Below, piece after piece: positions 61,249-64,000 of a DNA stretch of 64,000 nucleotides. Both the position numbers and the translations under genes were made by a program. Origin of the DNA: Cyanophyceae cyanobacterium (lineage in GTDB: Bacteria > Cyanobacteriota > Cyanobacteriia > Cyanobacteriales > JBHJGN01). Numbering within the stretch: position 1 is the stretch's first letter; every line of letters begins with the position of its first letter. A model generated the notes under the pieces. The model had not been told where the DNA came from. It was given only the letters and a program-made list of their open reading frames with translations, and ran no database searches. The stretch spans positions 1 to 64,000 of the forward strand of contig JBHJGN010000012.1 in the NCBI GenBank assembly GCA_050331735.1, written 5' to 3'.

Positions 61249-62508
61249 TTAAACGAACCATTCTTCTACGGCTTCTTCCTTTGTATTGGTTCGGCGAGAA
61301 GGAGTTTCGCGGGTAAACTTCATGTGAATCGAGCGATTTTGCTCGCCATCAGCCGCCACTGCCACGATTGGGTAGTCGATCAAACCGTCCTGGAAGGACA
61401 TCTGGAACCGAAAAGTTCCATCGGGATTGAGCTGAATGGAACGACCGCCAATGGTCACGGTAGCGTCAGGCTCAGTAGCGCCATAGACAATCAGTTCCGC
61501 ATCGGCTACTAACCAAAACTTACGGGGGCGAATCGGCGGTGCGGAAGCGGAGAATCCGGCTCCAGACATGGTTAGTCCCGACATGGTGGGCACGGCCCAC
61601 ATGCCAACCCCAGACGGGAAAACGTAGGAACTGACCGCCTGGGCGTGTATCGCTGCACCAGCTTGCTGCATTGAGCCAAACAGAGAGCCAGCAACCCGCT
61701 GAGCTTCGGCAGACTTGGTCATGCCAAAGATTTCGTCGTAAATGGGGTTAGCAGCGCCTTGATCTGGGGCTTGACCTTGACTGGGTGACGGAGCGCCACG
61801 GTGGCTGGGAGGAACTAAATTGTAAACGGTTTGTCCTTTGAGGTCTTGCTCCCAATCAACCGTAACAAACGCATCTTCAATCCAGTCTGAGGGATACACT
61901 GGCGGAATTCGTACCGAAGAAGAACGCGCTAGCACCAGCCAGCGACCGTCTGCACAGCGGTAGCCGATTTCAACAACGTAGTCGCGATCGCTGACTGGCA
62001 CTGGCAAGTACCATTCCCGCGCCAGTTCGTCGCAGAGGTATTCCTGAACGCTGTGAGGGCTTTGGTGGTTGAGATTGATGTCCGTTGTATCGTAAAAGCG
62101 CAGAGCGAGTTGCTGACCGCCCTGACGACGCAGCTCTTCTTTATGCTCATTAGCAATATCCCAGTAAGCATAGCTCCACTGGGGATCGCGCGGCAGCAGG
62201 ACAATACGGCTTTCTCCGTAGCCTGCGGGCAGTTCCCCTAAACCTTCGTCTACTGACGCTAAGGGACCACCAGTCCGATCTTCTTGACCTAGTTCAAATT
62301 TTGCGGCTTCCACTTGTTGCTCCTCCTGAACGCGAGACGGCTGAATGTTGGCTGGAATTGATGAGGCTTCTTCGTTGGCCAGTCTTTTCACTTCTGCTAG
62401 CAATTGCGACTTACGCATGCGGCTGTAGCGAGAAACATTGTACTCGCTAGCTACTCTCCGCAACTGCCGCAGCGTCATTTCTTCTAGGGGTGGACGTTCT
62501 TTTGCCAT
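61249..62508 (-). CDS. DUF4912-domain protein with Rho-termination-factor N-terminal-like domain
   Basis: LEEMTLRQLR...YSRMRKSQL; LLPRDPQW.YAYW; FWLVADAELIVYGATEP; GGAG RBS. Confidence 0.85.
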   Translation of the reverse strand: MAKERPPLEEMTLRQLRRVASEYNVSRYSRMRKSQLLAEVKRLANEEASSIPANIQPSRVQEEQQVEAAKFELGQEDRTGGPLASVDEGLGELPAGYGESRIVLLPRDPQWSYAYWDIANEHKEELRRQGGQQLALRFYDTTDINLNHQSPHSVQEYLCDELAREWYLPVPVSDRDYVVEIGYRCADGRWLVLARSSSVRIPPVYPSDWIEDAFVTVDWEQDLKGQTVYNLVPPSHRGAPSPSQGQAPDQGAANPIYDEIFGMTKSAEAQRVAGSLFGSMQQAGAAIHAQAVSSYVFPSGVGMWAVPTMSGLTMSGAGFSASAPPIRPRKFWLVADAELIVYGATEPDATVTIGGRSIQLNPDGTFRFQMSFQDGLIDYPIVAVAADGEQNRSIHMKFTRETPSRRTNTKEEAVEEWFV

Positions 62509-63114
62509 GGGAAATCTCCAGGTATGGACGGCAATGATTGAGCTTGTTCAAAGCAGCCGGGGTTGAGTTCCGTATAGCCTTTGGCCTGCGCCTTCCTGCG
62601 GTCGGCTTAGCGCGAAGCGTTTCCGCAGGAGTTGGCTCCCTCGGAACGTTAGACGGCCACGGAGCCGGAATCTTGTCCGGCGGAACTTTGAGTAAAAACG
62701 CGATCCGACAGCCAAATCGGCAAGCGTGACTGAGCGGTTCAGTTTTGCTCGAGTGAGCCTTGGATTGAACTTGTTCGCTTTGTCTTAATTTGCTGACTTT
62801 ACGAGTCGGCAGGGCTCAAGCTAGAAAGCGACTGAAGTGTGCTCGTTCTCGAACAGCGCCTTTTATCAGGCGGGGATCGCTTCAATTTTATGTAACAAAA
62901 AGTTAACGGCTTTCGTCAAGGGGTTTAACGATTATTCCAGCAGCATTAACGAGGGCATCAGGAATCCGGGGATCGAAAAGTCATGTTTTCATGACAAAAA
63001 GTCGCTCGCCGGGATCGCAGCCCGAGAGAATTCGATGACAGACGGCCCGTTAAGCAATGGCTTGGAGATTTTAAACTAAAAGGAGAGTTAATCTTCGCTC
63101 AGCGAGCTTTGTTG

Positions 63115-64000
63115 ATGCAACGCCCTATTTACCTAGACTGTCACGCGACAACCCCCATAGATGAACGGGTGTTGACGGCGATGCTGCCTTATTTCACCCA
63201 GTACTTTGGCAATCCCTCCAGCATCGGTCATCAGTATGGGTGGGAAGCTGAAGCGGCTGTTAAGCAAGCCAGAGTAGCGCTTGCCCAAGCCATTAATGCT
63301 GCCCCGGAAGAAATTGTGTTTACCAGCGGGGCAACAGAGGCCAATAACCTGGCCATCAAGGGAGCGGCTGAAGCTTACTTTAGTAAAGGTCGCCATCTTG
63401 TTACGGTTCAAACGGAACACCGCGCGGTCCTCGACCCCTGCCGCTATTTACAATCTCTTGGATTTGAAGTCACTTTTTTGCCAGTACAGCCAGATGGAAT
63501 TGTCGATGTGCAAGTTCTAGAGCAGGCCATCCGCACCGACACCATCTTAGTGTCTGTCATGGCAGCGAATAACGAAATCGGCGTTCTCCAGCCGCTAGCA
63601 GAAATTGGCGCGATTTGTCGCTCCAGAGAAGTCTTGTTTCATACTGATGCCGCTCAGGCGATCGCCAAAATTCCTTTAGATGTCCAGAGTTTCAACATTG
63701 ATTTAATGTCCTTGACGGCTCACAAAGTATACGGACCCAAAGGGATTGGGGCTCTCTACGTACGTCGCCGCCGCCCGAGAGTGCAGCTTGCTCCTCAACT
63801 TCAAGGAGGAGGACAAGAGCGCGGGCTGCGCTCAGGGACTCTTTATCCACCGCAGATTGTCGGTTTTGCTGAGGCCGTTAAGCTCGGACTCGCCGAGCTA
63901 GAATCAGAAACCCAGCGCCAACTGGAACTCCGGACTCGACTGTGGCAGCCGTTCAGTCAGCTACCAGGCATCCACCTCAACGGACACCCTAGCCAGCGCT
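63115..64000 (+). CDS. Cysteine desulfurase (IscS/NifS group I), 3'-truncated
   Basis: Manual translation MQRPIYLDCHATTP...FGNPSS...FTSGATEANN...EHRAV...ANNEIG...HTDAAQ...TAHKVYGPKG...RSGT. Confidence 0.95.
   Translation, partial: MQRPIYLDCHATTPIDERVLTAMLPYFTQYFGNPSSIGHQYGWEAEAAVKQARVALAQAINAAPEEIVFTSGATEANNLAIKGAAEAYFSKGRHLVTVQTEHRAVLDPCRYLQSLGFEVTFLPVQPDGIVDVQVLEQAIRTDTILVSVMAANNEIGVLQPLAEIGAICRSREVLFHTDAAQAIAKIPLDVQSFNIDLMSLTAHKVYGPKGIGALYVRRRRPRVQLAPQLQGGGQERGLRSGTLYPPQIVGFAEAVKLGLAELESETQRQLELRTRLWQPFSQLPGIHLNGHPSQR

Larger units (their letters stand above)
745..63665. repeat. HIP1 (GCGATCGC) dispersed octamers, more than 40 copies
   Basis: Counted by eye, e.g. at 745, 939, 1774, 3668, 4655, 11257, 16638, 23061, 41413, 45057, 48531, 57162, 63658. 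Confidence 0.95.

Noticed and set aside
62538..62729. 63-aa ORF (+) upstream of DUF4912
   Set aside because: TTG start with no RBS or motif; the region is better explained as structured non-coding sequence.
1..64000. CRISPR array, prophage, defence or toxin-antitoxin genes
   Set aside because: No spaced repeats, cas, phage, integrase or nuclease-effector ORFs seen.

Overview
Chromosomal window from a cyanobacterium. Evidence: split RNA polymerase (rpoC2), pipX, psb35, a helical carotenoid protein, cyanoexosortase A and more than 40 HIP1 GCGATCGC octamers. rpoB directly followed by rpoC2 suggests a Synechocystis/Chroococcales-like arrangement. Most of it is conserved housekeeping DNA: tRNA-Ser, hflX, hisD, rpsT-tatD-rpoB-rpoC2, ctaCDE/ctaAB, mreBCD-PBP1A, ssb, gmd-fcl, sppA, fni, pyrR, der-ecfT-pipX-pipY-sepF-proC and a partial cysteine desulfurase. 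The right end of an IS1-family element lies at the left edge. No CRISPR array, prophage, intron or intein was seen. Best leads: (i) a six-gene surface-glycan operon (CesA-like synthase with a degenerate PilZ domain, DPM-like GT2, sulfotransferase, flippase-like protein, GT4, putative GT-C membrane protein) whose last gene shares ordered motifs with a membrane protein downstream of the cyanoexosortase A genes; (ii) a yeast-type cytosine deaminase paired with an archaeal-type CTP-dependent riboflavin kinase-like gene; (iii) a hairpin-rich ~370-nt region with a 14-nt direct repeat upstream of the Rho-N/DUF4912 gene; (iv) two small ORFs (49 and 57 aa) missing from the ORF track; (v) apparent non-canonical starts in hflX and an endonuclease III-family gene. 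All family calls come from recognising motifs by eye; no searches were run.
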